NCBI GenBank assembly: GCA_965237485.1
Contig: CBDEFQ010000009.1
Span: 1,241,778-1,305,777 of the forward strand
Source: Candidatus Poriferihabitaceae bacterium
GTDB taxonomy: Bacteria; Pseudomonadota; Gammaproteobacteria; Arenicellales; Poriferihabitantaceae
DNA: 64,000 bases
Reading direction: 5' to 3'
Shown here: in pieces, positions 9,598 to 19,301 of the stretch
Position numbering within the stretch: position 1 is the stretch's first letter
Layout: each line of letters opens with the position of its first letter
The notes under the pieces: model-generated
What the model was told of the DNA's origin: nothing
What the model saw: the letters and a program-made list of their open reading frames with translations, nothing else
Databases searched by the model: none
Program-made: the position numbers and the translations under genes

Positions 9598-11931
9598 GTG
9601 GCTAAGTCCAGTCCAAAAAAGAGATTCAAAGGTGATAAAGTTTCACCATTAAAGAGCAAACTCAGCATTAAAACAGAGCAAGTCTCCATCGTTTTTCGTG
9701 AAGGTGGGTTACTGCTGCTTGCGGCTGCCGCTTTTTATTTGTTTATCTCTTTGATTTCATATGCGGCTAAAGACCCCGGGCCGTTTCAAATTGGCGGCCA
9801 GACTCCGGTAGCAAATTGGGGCGGGGCTGTAGGTGCATGGGTAGCCGACTTTATGTTTAATATGTTCGGCAAGATGGCTTATTTAGTCATCGTCTTAACT
9901 GGGATAGCAGCATGGCGAATTATCGATGGAAAAACCGAGCATAGAGAGCTCAGTATTAGCCGTATATTGCTGCCTATCTTAGGTTTCGTTTTTGCGATGA
10001 CCGGCGCTACTGGTTTGGATAGCCTGTATTTCGAAAACCCACAATCATTACCGTATGTTTCTGGCGGTGTAGTCGGTGACTTAACCACGGCGAGCTTATT
10101 ACCAAAGTTCGGGATAGTTGGCGCAACTTTGTTGACTTTAGGCATGTTGCTTTCGGGTATTACGTTGGTCACAAGATTGTCATGGTTTAAATTAATGGAG
10201 CGGGCAGGGGCCAGAGGTTTTGGTGTAATAGCATACATTCAATCGAAGTTTGCGAATGCCAGTGACTCCATTAGAGGTATGCAGGAGCGCAAGCGCAGAA
10301 TCGAAACAGTAAGCAGTATTAGGCGAAATATCAGCGAGAAAAAAGCGCCAAAAATAGAGCCTAAAGTTGAAGCACCAATAATTAGCCAACGTGTAGAACG
10401 TGAAAGGCAGATGCCGTTGTTTAAGTCCGATACCGGAGAGACCTTACCGCCGCTGAGCTTGCTCGACCCTATTGTGAAAGAAGAGCACGGCTATTCCAAG
10501 CAAGAACTGGAGATGATGTCGTCCTTGCTGGTTAAAAAGCTTAAAGATTTTAATATCGATATCACAGTTGAAAGCATTCAACCTGGTCCGGTTATCACGC
10601 GGTTTGAGATTGAACTTGCACCGGGTATTAAGGCGGCAACTGTTGTCGGATTAGCTAAAGACTTAGCGCGCGCCTTGTCTGTGGTTAGCATACGCGTTGT
10701 ACAAAATATTCCCGGCAAGCCCTATCTGGGTATAGAGATACCGAATCAAACGCGAGAGATCGTGTATTTGCTAGATTCGCTATCCTCAGAAGCTTATGAA
10801 AAGGCGAATGGGCCGCTTCCGATTGTTCTAGGTAAGGACATCGCAGGTGAGTCCATCGTAACTGATATTTCAAAAGCGCCGCATTTGTTGGTGGCGGGAA
10901 CCACCGGTTCGGGTAAGTCGGTTTGTATTAATACGCTGATTATGAGCTTAGTCTATAAGCGTACACCCGAAGAGGTGCGCATGATTATGGTTGACCCTAA
11001 GTTGTTGGAGTTATCGGTGTACGAAGATATTCCGCATTTGTTAACTCCAGTGGTAACCGACATGAAGAAAGCGGCCAACGCCTTGCACTGGTGTATTGGC
11101 GAAATGGATAGACGATTTAGAATGTTGGCGGCAGTCGGGGTTAGAAATTTAGGCAGCTACAATTCAAAAGTGAGCGCGGCGATCAAAAAGGGCCAACCGA
11201 TAGAAGACCCATTGTTTGAAATTGACCCTTTAATGCCCGAGTTACCAGTTCCAACTTTGGAAAAATTGCCTTATATCGTGGTTATTGTTGATGAGTTGGC
11301 AGACTTGATGATGATCACCAAGAAGAAAATCGAAGAAGTTATCATTCGCATTGCTCAAAGAGCACGTGCTGCAGGTATTCACCTTGTATTGGCTACACAG
11401 AGGCCTTCTGTTGATGTAGTAACTGGGTTGATGAAAGCTAACGTGCCAAGCCGAATCGCCTTTCAGGTGTCTTCTCGCGCCGACTCGAGGGTAATATTAG
11501 ATGAGATGGGAGCGGAGCAGCTATTAGGGCAGGGTGATATGTTATTCATGCCACCTGGGACGGCACTACCCGTGCGCGTGCATGGCGCTTTTGTTTCTGA
11601 TGAGGAAGTCAAACGTATTACGAACCATTTAAGACAAATGGGTAAACCTGTTTATATTGATGAGATTACACAAGGCGCGGCAACTGATTTTGCGGGCGGC
11701 GAGGGTGGCAACGGAGAAGACGGTGAGGAACAAGATGACCTATATGACCGTGCTGTATTTTTTGTTACTAAAGAACGCAAAGCTTCGATCTCAGCGGTAC
11801 AACGCTATCTGCGGGTTGGTTATAACCGCGCTGCCAGGATGATTGAAACGATGGAAAACACAGGGATTGTTGGCCCACTTGAGCATGGTAAGCGTGAAAT
11901 ACTTGCGCCTCCACCGCCAGAGTTGGATTGA
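9598..11931 (+). CDS. ftsK: DNA translocase FtsK
   Basis: 777-aa ORF with N-terminal TM segments, a linker, a motor domain with Walker A GTTGSGKSV, and a C-terminal gamma winged-helix (SISAVQRYLRVGYNRAARMIE). GTG start. Confidence 0.92.
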   Translation: MAKSSPKKRFKGDKVSPLKSKLSIKTEQVSIVFREGGLLLLAAAAFYLFISLISYAAKDPGPFQIGGQTPVANWGGAVGAWVADFMFNMFGKMAYLVIVLTGIAAWRIIDGKTEHRELSISRILLPILGFVFAMTGATGLDSLYFENPQSLPYVSGGVVGDLTTASLLPKFGIVGATLLTLGMLLSGITLVTRLSWFKLMERAGARGFGVIAYIQSKFANASDSIRGMQERKRRIETVSSIRRNISEKKAPKIEPKVEAPIISQRVERERQMPLFKSDTGETLPPLSLLDPIVKEEHGYSKQELEMMSSLLVKKLKDFNIDITVESIQPGPVITRFEIELAPGIKAATVVGLAKDLARALSVVSIRVVQNIPGKPYLGIEIPNQTREIVYLLDSLSSEAYEKANGPLPIVLGKDIAGESIVTDISKAPHLLVAGTTGSGKSVCINTLIMSLVYKRTPEEVRMIMVDPKLLELSVYEDIPHLLTPVVTDMKKAANALHWCIGEMDRRFRMLAAVGVRNLGSYNSKVSAAIKKGQPIEDPLFEIDPLMPELPVPTLEKLPYIVVIVDELADLMMITKKKIEEVIIRIAQRARAAGIHLVLATQRPSVDVVTGLMKANVPSRIAFQVSSRADSRVILDEMGAEQLLGQGDMLFMPPGTALPVRVHGAFVSDEEVKRITNHLRQMGKPVYIDEITQGAATDFAGGEGGNGEDGEEQDDLYDRAVFFVTKERKASISAVQRYLRVGYNRAARMIETMENTGIVGPLEHGKREILAPPPPELD

Positions 11932-11946
11932 CCAAATAGTATTGGC

Positions 11947-12723
11947 TTAGTTTACTTTGTAATCGTAGTTAATTATCAGCGGAGAGTGGTCCGAAAAGCG
12001 TTCATCTCGATAAACATTGCTTGACTGTACCGTGCCTTGCAAACTATCTGAAATAACGTGGTAATCAATACGCCAACCGGTGTTATTGGCCCAAGCTTGC
12101 CCGCGATTGGACCACCAAGTATAGGTCTCGGGCTGTTGTTCAATTTCACGAAACGCATCTTTATAGCCGCCTTCGGAAAAAACGATATCAAGCCATGCGC
12201 GTTCTTCAGGTAAAAATCCAGAATTCTTTTGATTGCCGCGCCAATTTTTGATGTCCTCTTTGGTGTGTGCGATATTCCAATCACCACAAATAACGATGTC
12301 TCTGCCAGTGGCGGCTTTTTGTTTGAGATAGGGTAAGAAAAAATCCATCATTTCATACTTAAAAACCTGACGCTCTTCTTTGGATGAACCTGAAGGTAGA
12401 TATAAAGAAGCGACGCTAAGGTTTCCAACTTGCACTTCAAGATATCGACCCTCGTTGTCATAGCTTGGTTGGTCTAAGCCTACGATCACTTTATCTATCG
12501 GGTGCTTGGAGTAAACCGCTACCCCGCTATAACCCTTTTTTTGGGCATCAAAATAATGGCAGTGATACCCCGAGGGGTGAAATACTTCGTCGCCAAGTTG
12601 ATCAACCTGTGCTTTGGTTTCTTGAATACAGACAAAGTCAGCTTGTTCCTTTTTCAGCCATTCGAAAAAACCCTTGCGAGCGGCAGCGCGGATGCCGTTG
12701 GTATTAACAGAAATTATTTTCAT
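11947..12723 (-). CDS. xthA: exodeoxyribonuclease III
   Basis: 258-aa ORF. MKIISVNTNGIRAA, CIQETK and the C-terminal SDHSPL are hallmarks of the ExoIII/AP endonuclease family. Confidence 0.9.
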   Translation of the reverse strand: MKIISVNTNGIRAAARKGFFEWLKKEQADFVCIQETKAQVDQLGDEVFHPSGYHCHYFDAQKKGYSGVAVYSKHPIDKVIVGLDQPSYDNEGRYLEVQVGNLSVASLYLPSGSSKEERQVFKYEMMDFFLPYLKQKAATGRDIVICGDWNIAHTKEDIKNWRGNQKNSGFLPEERAWLDIVFSEGGYKDAFREIEQQPETYTWWSNRGQAWANNTGWRIDYHVISDSLQGTVQSSNVYRDERFSDHSPLIINYDYKVN

Positions 12724-12732
12724 GTAACTTGA

Positions 12733-15402
12733 TTAAAAATTCAGAGAGATATCTTTGTGGCTAGATAAGCATCTAGCGGTAAATTTTGCTTGGCTTTCGG
12801 TTAGTTTAGCCTGTGATCTAAGGCCGATGCTACTGGAGATAGCTTTTTTGTATGCGATGAGGCCTGGTTTAAGTTCTTCAGCAGCACGTTTACGCCACTG
12901 CATTTCGTTGTCAAGTTCTGCTTTCATCTCGTCCAATTTTTCAATTGCCGCTTTACGCGCGGTTGCGTCTTCACCCTTTTTCAGAATTCTTCGCGCTTTG
13001 CTGAGGTGAACTTTAATTGCGCTAGCTCCTTTAATTTCACCGAGTTGTTTCTCCACAAGTTTGATTTCCTGCATCACATGCTCAGCTGGTTCATTAAGGA
13101 TTAGCAAGTGTAGCTTCGGATAGGCCGGTTCGATAATATCTAATTTAGCGGCGTCATTCACGATAGCCAGTAATTGAGCTAAAGTCTCATAAGCGCTATC
13201 TGCGTTGTTATAGTATTGATTACGATTTTTAGTCAGTTCACTGCTAAGCACCACGTACTTCTCATGGGCTGGCTCCCACTCGGTGGGTATAGTACCTTGC
13301 CATTGGGTGATAGATTTATTGAGTTTTACTATGCTGCTCTCAAGCTTACTTACTTGACCTGAATTATCTTCACTACTGTAGGACAGGCTTTTAACTTCAG
13401 CATTAAATTTCTTAATTGCATTGTTAGCCTCAAAGATTTGCCTTTGGACGCCTCTGGTGCTTTGAAGAATAGGTCGATATTCGGCCTCGTATTCGCCCAC
13501 TGCTTCTCGAGCAGCAATAATATTCTGCATCATGTTTTGAGCCATTGCAGCTTGTTCTAAGCTTTGTTTAAAGCGGTCCTGTAAAGAGCTTGGCAAATAG
13601 CTAATATCTAACTGATTAGCCCCTTGCAGAGCATTGTTAATGGTTGTGTTGTTATTAGCGTATTGGCCTTCAGCGTACTCTTCCAGACATAGCTGAAGTT
13701 TCGGGTTTATGGGTGGCGGTGCCGTTTCTGATAATAAATGGGTACGGTTGGGCAAGTAATTTACTAGGCTAGGGAAGTAACCAGCTATTGCTAAGCCCAC
13801 TAGCTGCAATACAATAAATGCGGCAGCGCCTTTGTAGATATCTATAGTTTCGATCACCTTGTCAGCAACACCACGTAAATAAAATAAAGCGAAGCCAAAT
13901 GGCGGAGTTAGGAAAGAAGTTTGTATATTAAGACCCACCATGACACCTAGCCATACAGCAGTAATATTAGCTTCTGGATTGGCTAACAAAATAGGCGCAA
14001 CGATGGGCACAACCACAACCGCAATTTCTATAAAATCTAAGAAAAAGCCGAGTAAAAATATAACCAGCATTACTACTATAAACTGTGACCAGAAGCCGCC
14101 TGGCAAGCCAGTTAGATATTCTTTTACCAATTCTTCACCGCCAAATGCCCGGAACGCGGAAGTCAGCATCGCGGCGCCAATTAGGATGATGAAGACCATC
14201 GAAGTGGTTTTGGCGGTTTCTATCATTACGCCTCGTAGCGTGTCGTCAATTTTGTATGTGCGCCAAGCACTCCACAAAATGGATACTAATAATATCGAAA
14301 CCACCACCACCGCCGCGTTGACCCAAAACTGATCTTGGCTAGTCTGAATGTTTTTAATGTTGATGTCGTTGGTATTGACGATATACACAATCGCTATTGT
14401 TGCCACTAGAGCGATAATAGCTGGAAGGTATTTTTTAGATTGACCGTCGAACAGGCGATAGCCAGCCATAATCATCGCGCCTATTGCGCCTATAGAGCCT
14501 GCTTGATTTACCGTAGCAACGCCGGTAATAATTGAACCAAGCACAACGAAAATTAGGGTTAGTGGTGGCACTAAAGCTAAAAATACTTTGCCTGCGAATT
14601 TAGAGTCATACTCACCTTCGTAGGGCACGGGTGGGGCTAATTCAGGCTTAATTCGCGCAGCAATCAAAATGTAAAGCATGTATATGCCGACTAAAATAAT
14701 ACCCGGCACTAACGCCCCCATGAACATGTTCCCGGCACTAGCTGATACAACATCAAACTGCGATGGCATCGAAAATTCGCCAGTGGCCGTGCGGTATAGT
14801 TCTTTACGGGCAGTATTGGCTTGATCAGCTGCATTAGATAGTTGATCGGCAAGAATGATCAGCACAATGGAAGGCGGAATAATTTGTCCCAAGGTGCCAG
14901 AGGCGCAAATTGTGCCGCACGCCAATGATTTGGAATAATTGTTTCGTAACATGGCGGGCAATGAGATTAGCCCCATTGCAATAACCGTTGCGCCAACGAT
15001 GCCAGTAGTCGCGGCCAACAAAGCCCCCACAAACACTACGGATATACCTAAGCCGCCGGGAACTGGCCCAAATAGTTGGGCCATAGCCACCAGCAAATCC
15101 TCTGCAATTTTTGAGCGTTGCAACATAATGCCCATAAATATAAACAGCGGAATGGCAATGAGGGTATCACGCTCTACCAACCAATAGAGGCTTCTGAAAT
15201 TAGTTACCCCCGCACTGAGCCACTGAACGGGCCCGTCTTGAGCAAAATAAGCGCTTGGATCGCCCGCAAATAAGTAACCTGATCCTGCAGCCAATCCGAT
15301 AGTTATAATGGCGGAGCCCGGTAAAGCAAACGCTACGGGAAATCCAGCTGTCAATGCAAAAATCATTGACAACAATAATAAGCCCAAGAATAACAATTCC
15401 AT
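12733..15402 (-). CDS. TRAP transporter large permease (DctM-like) with a ~330-aa non-membrane C-terminal extension
   Basis: 889-aa ORF. The first ~560 aa are polytopic and DctM-like. The last ~330 aa (from ..PPPINPKLQLCLEEYAEG) are hydrophilic, Lys/Glu/Gln-rich and look helical or coiled-coil. Confidence 0.8.
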   Translation of the reverse strand: MELLFLGLLLLSMIFALTAGFPVAFALPGSAIITIGLAAGSGYLFAGDPSAYFAQDGPVQWLSAGVTNFRSLYWLVERDTLIAIPLFIFMGIMLQRSKIAEDLLVAMAQLFGPVPGGLGISVVFVGALLAATTGIVGATVIAMGLISLPAMLRNNYSKSLACGTICASGTLGQIIPPSIVLIILADQLSNAADQANTARKELYRTATGEFSMPSQFDVVSASAGNMFMGALVPGIILVGIYMLYILIAARIKPELAPPVPYEGEYDSKFAGKVFLALVPPLTLIFVVLGSIITGVATVNQAGSIGAIGAMIMAGYRLFDGQSKKYLPAIIALVATIAIVYIVNTNDINIKNIQTSQDQFWVNAAVVVVSILLVSILWSAWRTYKIDDTLRGVMIETAKTTSMVFIILIGAAMLTSAFRAFGGEELVKEYLTGLPGGFWSQFIVVMLVIFLLGFFLDFIEIAVVVVPIVAPILLANPEANITAVWLGVMVGLNIQTSFLTPPFGFALFYLRGVADKVIETIDIYKGAAAFIVLQLVGLAIAGYFPSLVNYLPNRTHLLSETAPPPINPKLQLCLEEYAEGQYANNNTTINNALQGANQLDISYLPSSLQDRFKQSLEQAAMAQNMMQNIIAAREAVGEYEAEYRPILQSTRGVQRQIFEANNAIKKFNAEVKSLSYSSEDNSGQVSKLESSIVKLNKSITQWQGTIPTEWEPAHEKYVVLSSELTKNRNQYYNNADSAYETLAQLLAIVNDAAKLDIIEPAYPKLHLLILNEPAEHVMQEIKLVEKQLGEIKGASAIKVHLSKARRILKKGEDATARKAAIEKLDEMKAELDNEMQWRKRAAEELKPGLIAYKKAISSSIGLRSQAKLTESQAKFTARCLSSHKDISLNF

Positions 15403-16409
15403 TAAGCTTGAACCTCATTTTCAGTAGCACTCTCTTCGCCTGAAGATGCCGTTAATACGTGCACACTGCTAAGGAAATAAGCAGTGAATTGCATGGCCAT
15501 ACTGACAGCGAACACTATCAAGAACCCGGCCATTAAATATTTCACATACATACCATAACCGCTTTGAGAAACTTCAAAATTGATGATGGGAGCGATCAAG
15601 CTACTTTGCTTGCTACTCATGCCCAAACTAAGAATGGTCCAGCAGACGGGAAGGCCTAGAAATAGTGAACCCAGTGCATTGGTCCAGGCTTTACCGCGGG
15701 CCGAAAATTTCTCATAGAGCACATCAACTCTTACGTGCCCACCTTCAACAAGTGTGTATGCGCTGGAGAACAGGAATAGCGCGGCATACCAGTACCTGAC
15801 TAAATCCCCCATAAAGGCTTGTTCGTACGAAAATACGAACCGTGAGATTACAATGCCAAATTCGGCTATAACAACCAGTGCTGCCAGCCACATAAATCCT
15901 AAAGAACGGCTATACGCCGCGATTACAAATGAAATAGCAATTAGCGGGTAATGAAGGTAAGTGCCTCTAGTACGCGCTTGATCTAGCAGCGAAGAAATAC
16001 GACTGCCTACTAGTGGCTCAAGGAAGTTTTCAACCCGCAAAAATGAAACTACAGCATCTGCTAAACCAGTTAAAAATATTGCCCAGAATGCAGCGCGAAT
16101 GAAATAGCTTGTCCAGCTAGAATAGAGCTTAGATTCGGCTGTGAGACTGATCAGTGGTGTTTTAAACGTATATACGATGAGGCCAATAATCGTTGCGATG
16201 TAGATGCCTAGCATGATTAAGCCTTGGTATGTCCGTGCTCCCGTTAAGGCATTGCTACCCAAGAAATAGTGGCCGGTGCTTTCGCTTAGAGAGGGCCAAC
16301 CCAACCAAAAGATTAAGTATCGTGAAATTAGAAAAAGCATCAGCAACGCCATTGAGAGTTGGCCGAGAACTCTAAGAAGCTGCTTCGTTTGGTGATTATT
16401 CAATATCAC
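15402..16409 (-). CDS. TRAP transporter small permease (DctQ-like, enlarged)
   Basis: 335-aa polytopic ORF whose stop overlaps the large permease start. It sits between the TRAP binding protein and the large permease. Confidence 0.7.
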   Translation of the reverse strand: MILNNHQTKQLLRVLGQLSMALLMLFLISRYLIFWLGWPSLSESTGHYFLGSNALTGARTYQGLIMLGIYIATIIGLIVYTFKTPLISLTAESKLYSSWTSYFIRAAFWAIFLTGLADAVVSFLRVENFLEPLVGSRISSLLDQARTRGTYLHYPLIAISFVIAAYSRSLGFMWLAALVVIAEFGIVISRFVFSYEQAFMGDLVRYWYAALFLFSSAYTLVEGGHVRVDVLYEKFSARGKAWTNALGSLFLGLPVCWTILSLGMSSKQSSLIAPIINFEVSQSGYGMYVKYLMAGFLIVFAVSMAMQFTAYFLSSVHVLTASSGEESATENEVQA

Positions 16410-16435
16410 TAGATTTAAACTATTTAATACACTAC

Positions 16436-16706
16436 ACTAGTACACTGTCCAGACCAAATTGATGGATTCAGTGAGATTGTCCGCGTTCATGGCAAGGCGC
16501 GTCTTGCAGCGAATGGTGTTCCCTTTGCAAAACGCGCAACGCAGCCCATGGACGCGGACAAGCTCACCCAAAGGGCACTACCATGGCGTCCCGCAGCTGC
16601 GTTGCAGTGCTTATTAAGGGAATAACCATTAATTGCGTACTGCGTCTTATTGCAAAACACCATGGTAGTGCTGAATCCATCAATTTGGTCTGGACAGTGT
16701 ACTAGT
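16436..16706 (+). repeat. Structured repeat copy A (candidate ncRNA or unusual non-autonomous element)
   Basis: Perfect 36-nt terminal arms (16436-16471 / 16671-16706) enclose a core homologous to 57174-57371. Internal helices are 16478-16492/16546-16560 and 16576-16586/16660-16670. Confidence 0.6.
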
Positions 16707-16707
16707 A

Positions 16708-16743
16708 ACAAAAAAGCGAAGCCGACCACCCCCGACTTCGCTT
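16708..16743 (-). terminator. Rho-independent terminator after the TRAP binding-protein gene
   Basis: On the minus strand, AGCGAAGTCG-ggggtggt-CGGCTTCGCT is followed by TTTTTTGTT, about 30 nt downstream of the stop at 16772. Confidence 0.75.
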
Positions 16744-16771
16744 GCTAGCTTACTCTATTTTATGAGATCTA

Positions 16772-17995
16772 CTATAGGCCTAGTACACGGTTACGCTGTG
16801 CAACGTAGGCTTGGTCAGAGATTTTCGCCCAAGCGCCGACATTAGCGCGGGCTGCCACGAAGCTTTCGTGGATTTCTTTAGCAAGTGGACTATGTGCAAC
16901 CACGTCCGCAAACACTTCTGCTGCTGCTTCGCCAAAGCTGTCGTAGATATCGTCGTTAAACGAACGAACTTTAACACCTTGCTCATTAACTAAGCGTGCT
17001 AAGGCTGCGCCGTTTTTGGCGTTGTACTCAGACATCATAACGTCATTTTCCATTGAAGAGGCAGCGTCAATCATTGCTTGGTCAGCAGTTGAAAGCCCGT
17101 CCCAGAACTCTTTGTTCATGCCACAAGCTAACATCGTTGCTGGCTCGTGCATACCAGGATAATAGTAATACTTGGCGGCTTCATAAAACTTCATGATTTC
17201 GTCGTTCCATGGTCCAACCCACTCAGTCGCGTCGATAGCACCAGAGATCAAGTTTTCATAGATCTGGCCACCAGGCAAAGAGACAGGTGAGCCACCCATC
17301 TTAGCCAGCACGTCGCCACCTAGGCCGGGCATGCGCATTTTCAGGCCTTTCAGATCATCGGCAGAGTTGATTTCCTTGCGGAACCAACCACCCATTTGCA
17401 CGCCAGTGTTGCCGCACATTAGGCCCTTCAAACCGAATTCGCCGCTTAGCTTATCCCATAACTCTTGGCCACCGCCGAAACGAATCCAAGCGTTTATCTC
17501 GGTGTAGGTTAAGCCAAAAGGAACGGCAGCAAAATAGGCAAACCCTGGGTGCTTACCTTTCCAGTAATACTCTGCAGCATGATACATTTGCGCATTGCCA
17601 GAAGCGACCTCGTCGAAAGAGTCAAACGCTTTTACGCGCTCACCAGCGGCAAAGTAATTTACCTGCATGCGGCCATCGCTCATGGTGGATAGGTGCTCGG
17701 CGAATCGTTGTGCACCAGTACCTAAACCCGGAAAATCCCGCGGCCAAGTAGCAACCATATTTATTTCAATACGATCTTTGTTAACCGCAGGTGCTTCAAC
17801 ACTAGCCGCATCCGACTCTAAGCCTACTATTTTTTCATTGGCAGAATCTAACTGGCCTTTAAGATTGGATATCGTATTGTTAGCCGCTTCAATGACTTTG
17901 CTGCCATCTTCTTGTGAACAGCCGGAAACCCCGATTACGACCGCGGTTCCGACCGCTCCTGCTGCTGCACCTTTCAATATGTCGCGTCTTTTCAT
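16772..17995 (-). CDS. TRAP transporter substrate-binding protein (Tat-signal lipoprotein type)
   Basis: The start is set at MKRRDILKGAAAGAVGTAVVIGVSGCS (ATG 17995-17993, GGAG RBS upstream), giving a twin-arginine signal plus lipobox. The body is DctP-family-like (mannitol/chloroaromatic-type TRAP SBP). Confidence 0.8.
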   Translation of the reverse strand: MKRRDILKGAAAGAVGTAVVIGVSGCSQEDGSKVIEAANNTISNLKGQLDSANEKIVGLESDAASVEAPAVNKDRIEINMVATWPRDFPGLGTGAQRFAEHLSTMSDGRMQVNYFAAGERVKAFDSFDEVASGNAQMYHAAEYYWKGKHPGFAYFAAVPFGLTYTEINAWIRFGGGQELWDKLSGEFGLKGLMCGNTGVQMGGWFRKEINSADDLKGLKMRMPGLGGDVLAKMGGSPVSLPGGQIYENLISGAIDATEWVGPWNDEIMKFYEAAKYYYYPGMHEPATMLACGMNKEFWDGLSTADQAMIDAASSMENDVMMSEYNAKNGAALARLVNEQGVKVRSFNDDIYDSFGEAAAEVFADVVAHSPLAKEIHESFVAARANVGAWAKISDQAYVAQRNRVLGL

Positions 17996-18233
17996 AATGT
18001 TCTCCTCTTGGTAATTGGTAGTGTACTTACAGTATATTTTGTTTGGATCAGTCATACGTATAAGACTTTAGTATTGCGTAATACAGACCGAAAGTAAACC
18101 GTAAGTCTTGTCCAACATGAAATGATACTGAGCGAAGGGACTGATTCTAATCGGAAATGATACCGAACTAATCTAATTTCTGTTCATGATGGTGAATGAA
18201 TACCGGCAATTTTCAGGGTAGTTGCACATTTTC

Positions 18234-19301
18234 CTACGCAGCCAATAATACTTCTTTTTGTGGGTTCAGCGCAACCGCACCACAAGGCCGCCAATTTCGG
18301 GTTTGGCCAGACCACCGATTAGGTTTTGCTGCTTTAGCTTCCTGATAAACAACTTCTCGTTTTGCTAATAGGGCACTATCTTCACCGCGATAACGCTGGC
18401 CAGGTGTAACGTAGCGTATAGCACTGTGACGATGTTCTTCGTTATACCATTGCATAAACTTACCCACCCATTGGCGGGCGGCCTCTAAGCTATCGAAGCC
18501 TTGAGAAGGCCACGCAGGGCAATACTTTACCGTTCTAAACATGGATTCAATATAAGCGTTGTCATTGCTTACTCTTGGCCTTGAGTAAGAGGGCTTTATT
18601 CCTAATGCTTCTAACTTCGCTCTCATTGTGAACGATTTCATTGGGCTGCCATTATCACTGTGTAAGACGGGCATGCCATCGCAGCTGGCCACTTTTAGAG
18701 CCGCCTGAGACATCAACTGCGCACCTAATTCACCGCTTTCAACAGGATGTACTTCCCAGTGAACGCCATAGCGACTGTAAAGGTCTTCTACCATGTACAG
18801 GTAATAATGCTTGCCAATAGTACGCGTCGCCAAATAGGTGATATCCCACATCCACACAGCATTAGGTTTTAGCGCTATATGAGTATCGGGTGTTCGGGAC
18901 TGCTTTTGTTTGGCGCGGCCGCGGTGCTTCAATTGCCCATGCGCCTTGAGAACTCGATAAAAGCTAGACTCGCTGGCCACATAAATACCTTTGTCAGCCA
19001 ACTGCGGTACTATTTGCGACGGCGGCAAATGATGGTATGCCGATTCATTACATATCGATAAAATGTGTTGCTGCTCTTGCTCGCTTAGTTTATTGCCAGG
19101 GACTGGCTTTTCTACCAAAGGACGTTGATCACTGCGGATACTATCTTCTCCTTTTGGCTTCCAACGTCTAAGCGTAGACTCGGCAAGGCCAACCAACTCA
19201 CAAGCACTTGAACGCTTTGAACCTGCGTCTACTGCTTCATTAACATCATTGATTACTTTAATGCGCGTCTGAGTCGTAATCATACTTCCTCGTCCTCCCA
19301 A
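18234..19301 (-). CDS. IS3-family transposase OrfB (DDE/rve)
   Basis: 355-aa ORF with WMWDITY, LHSDNGSPM and SRPRVSNDNAYIESMFRTVKY, the classical IS3 DD(35)E region. Confidence 0.88.
   Translation of the reverse strand: MGGRGSMITTQTRIKVINDVNEAVDAGSKRSSACELVGLAESTLRRWKPKGEDSIRSDQRPLVEKPVPGNKLSEQEQQHILSICNESAYHHLPPSQIVPQLADKGIYVASESSFYRVLKAHGQLKHRGRAKQKQSRTPDTHIALKPNAVWMWDITYLATRTIGKHYYLYMVEDLYSRYGVHWEVHPVESGELGAQLMSQAALKVASCDGMPVLHSDNGSPMKSFTMRAKLEALGIKPSYSRPRVSNDNAYIESMFRTVKYCPAWPSQGFDSLEAARQWVGKFMQWYNEEHRHSAIRYVTPGQRYRGEDSALLAKREVVYQEAKAAKPNRWSGQTRNWRPCGAVALNPQKEVLLAA

Noticed and set aside
16472-16480. Hammerhead-like core at the P1/P2 junction of the structured repeat (CAGUGAGAU)
   Set aside because: It does not match the CUGAUGA box, and I could not find the GAAA or cleavage-site elements in the right positions. 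I recognised no other known self-cleaving ribozyme core, so I make no ribozyme claim.
16487-16729. ORFs predicted inside the structured repeats (16487-16729, 57139-57330, 57161-57412)
   Set aside because: The two copies are conserved at nucleotide and helix level, but their translations are not alignable in a constant frame. These are most likely non-coding.
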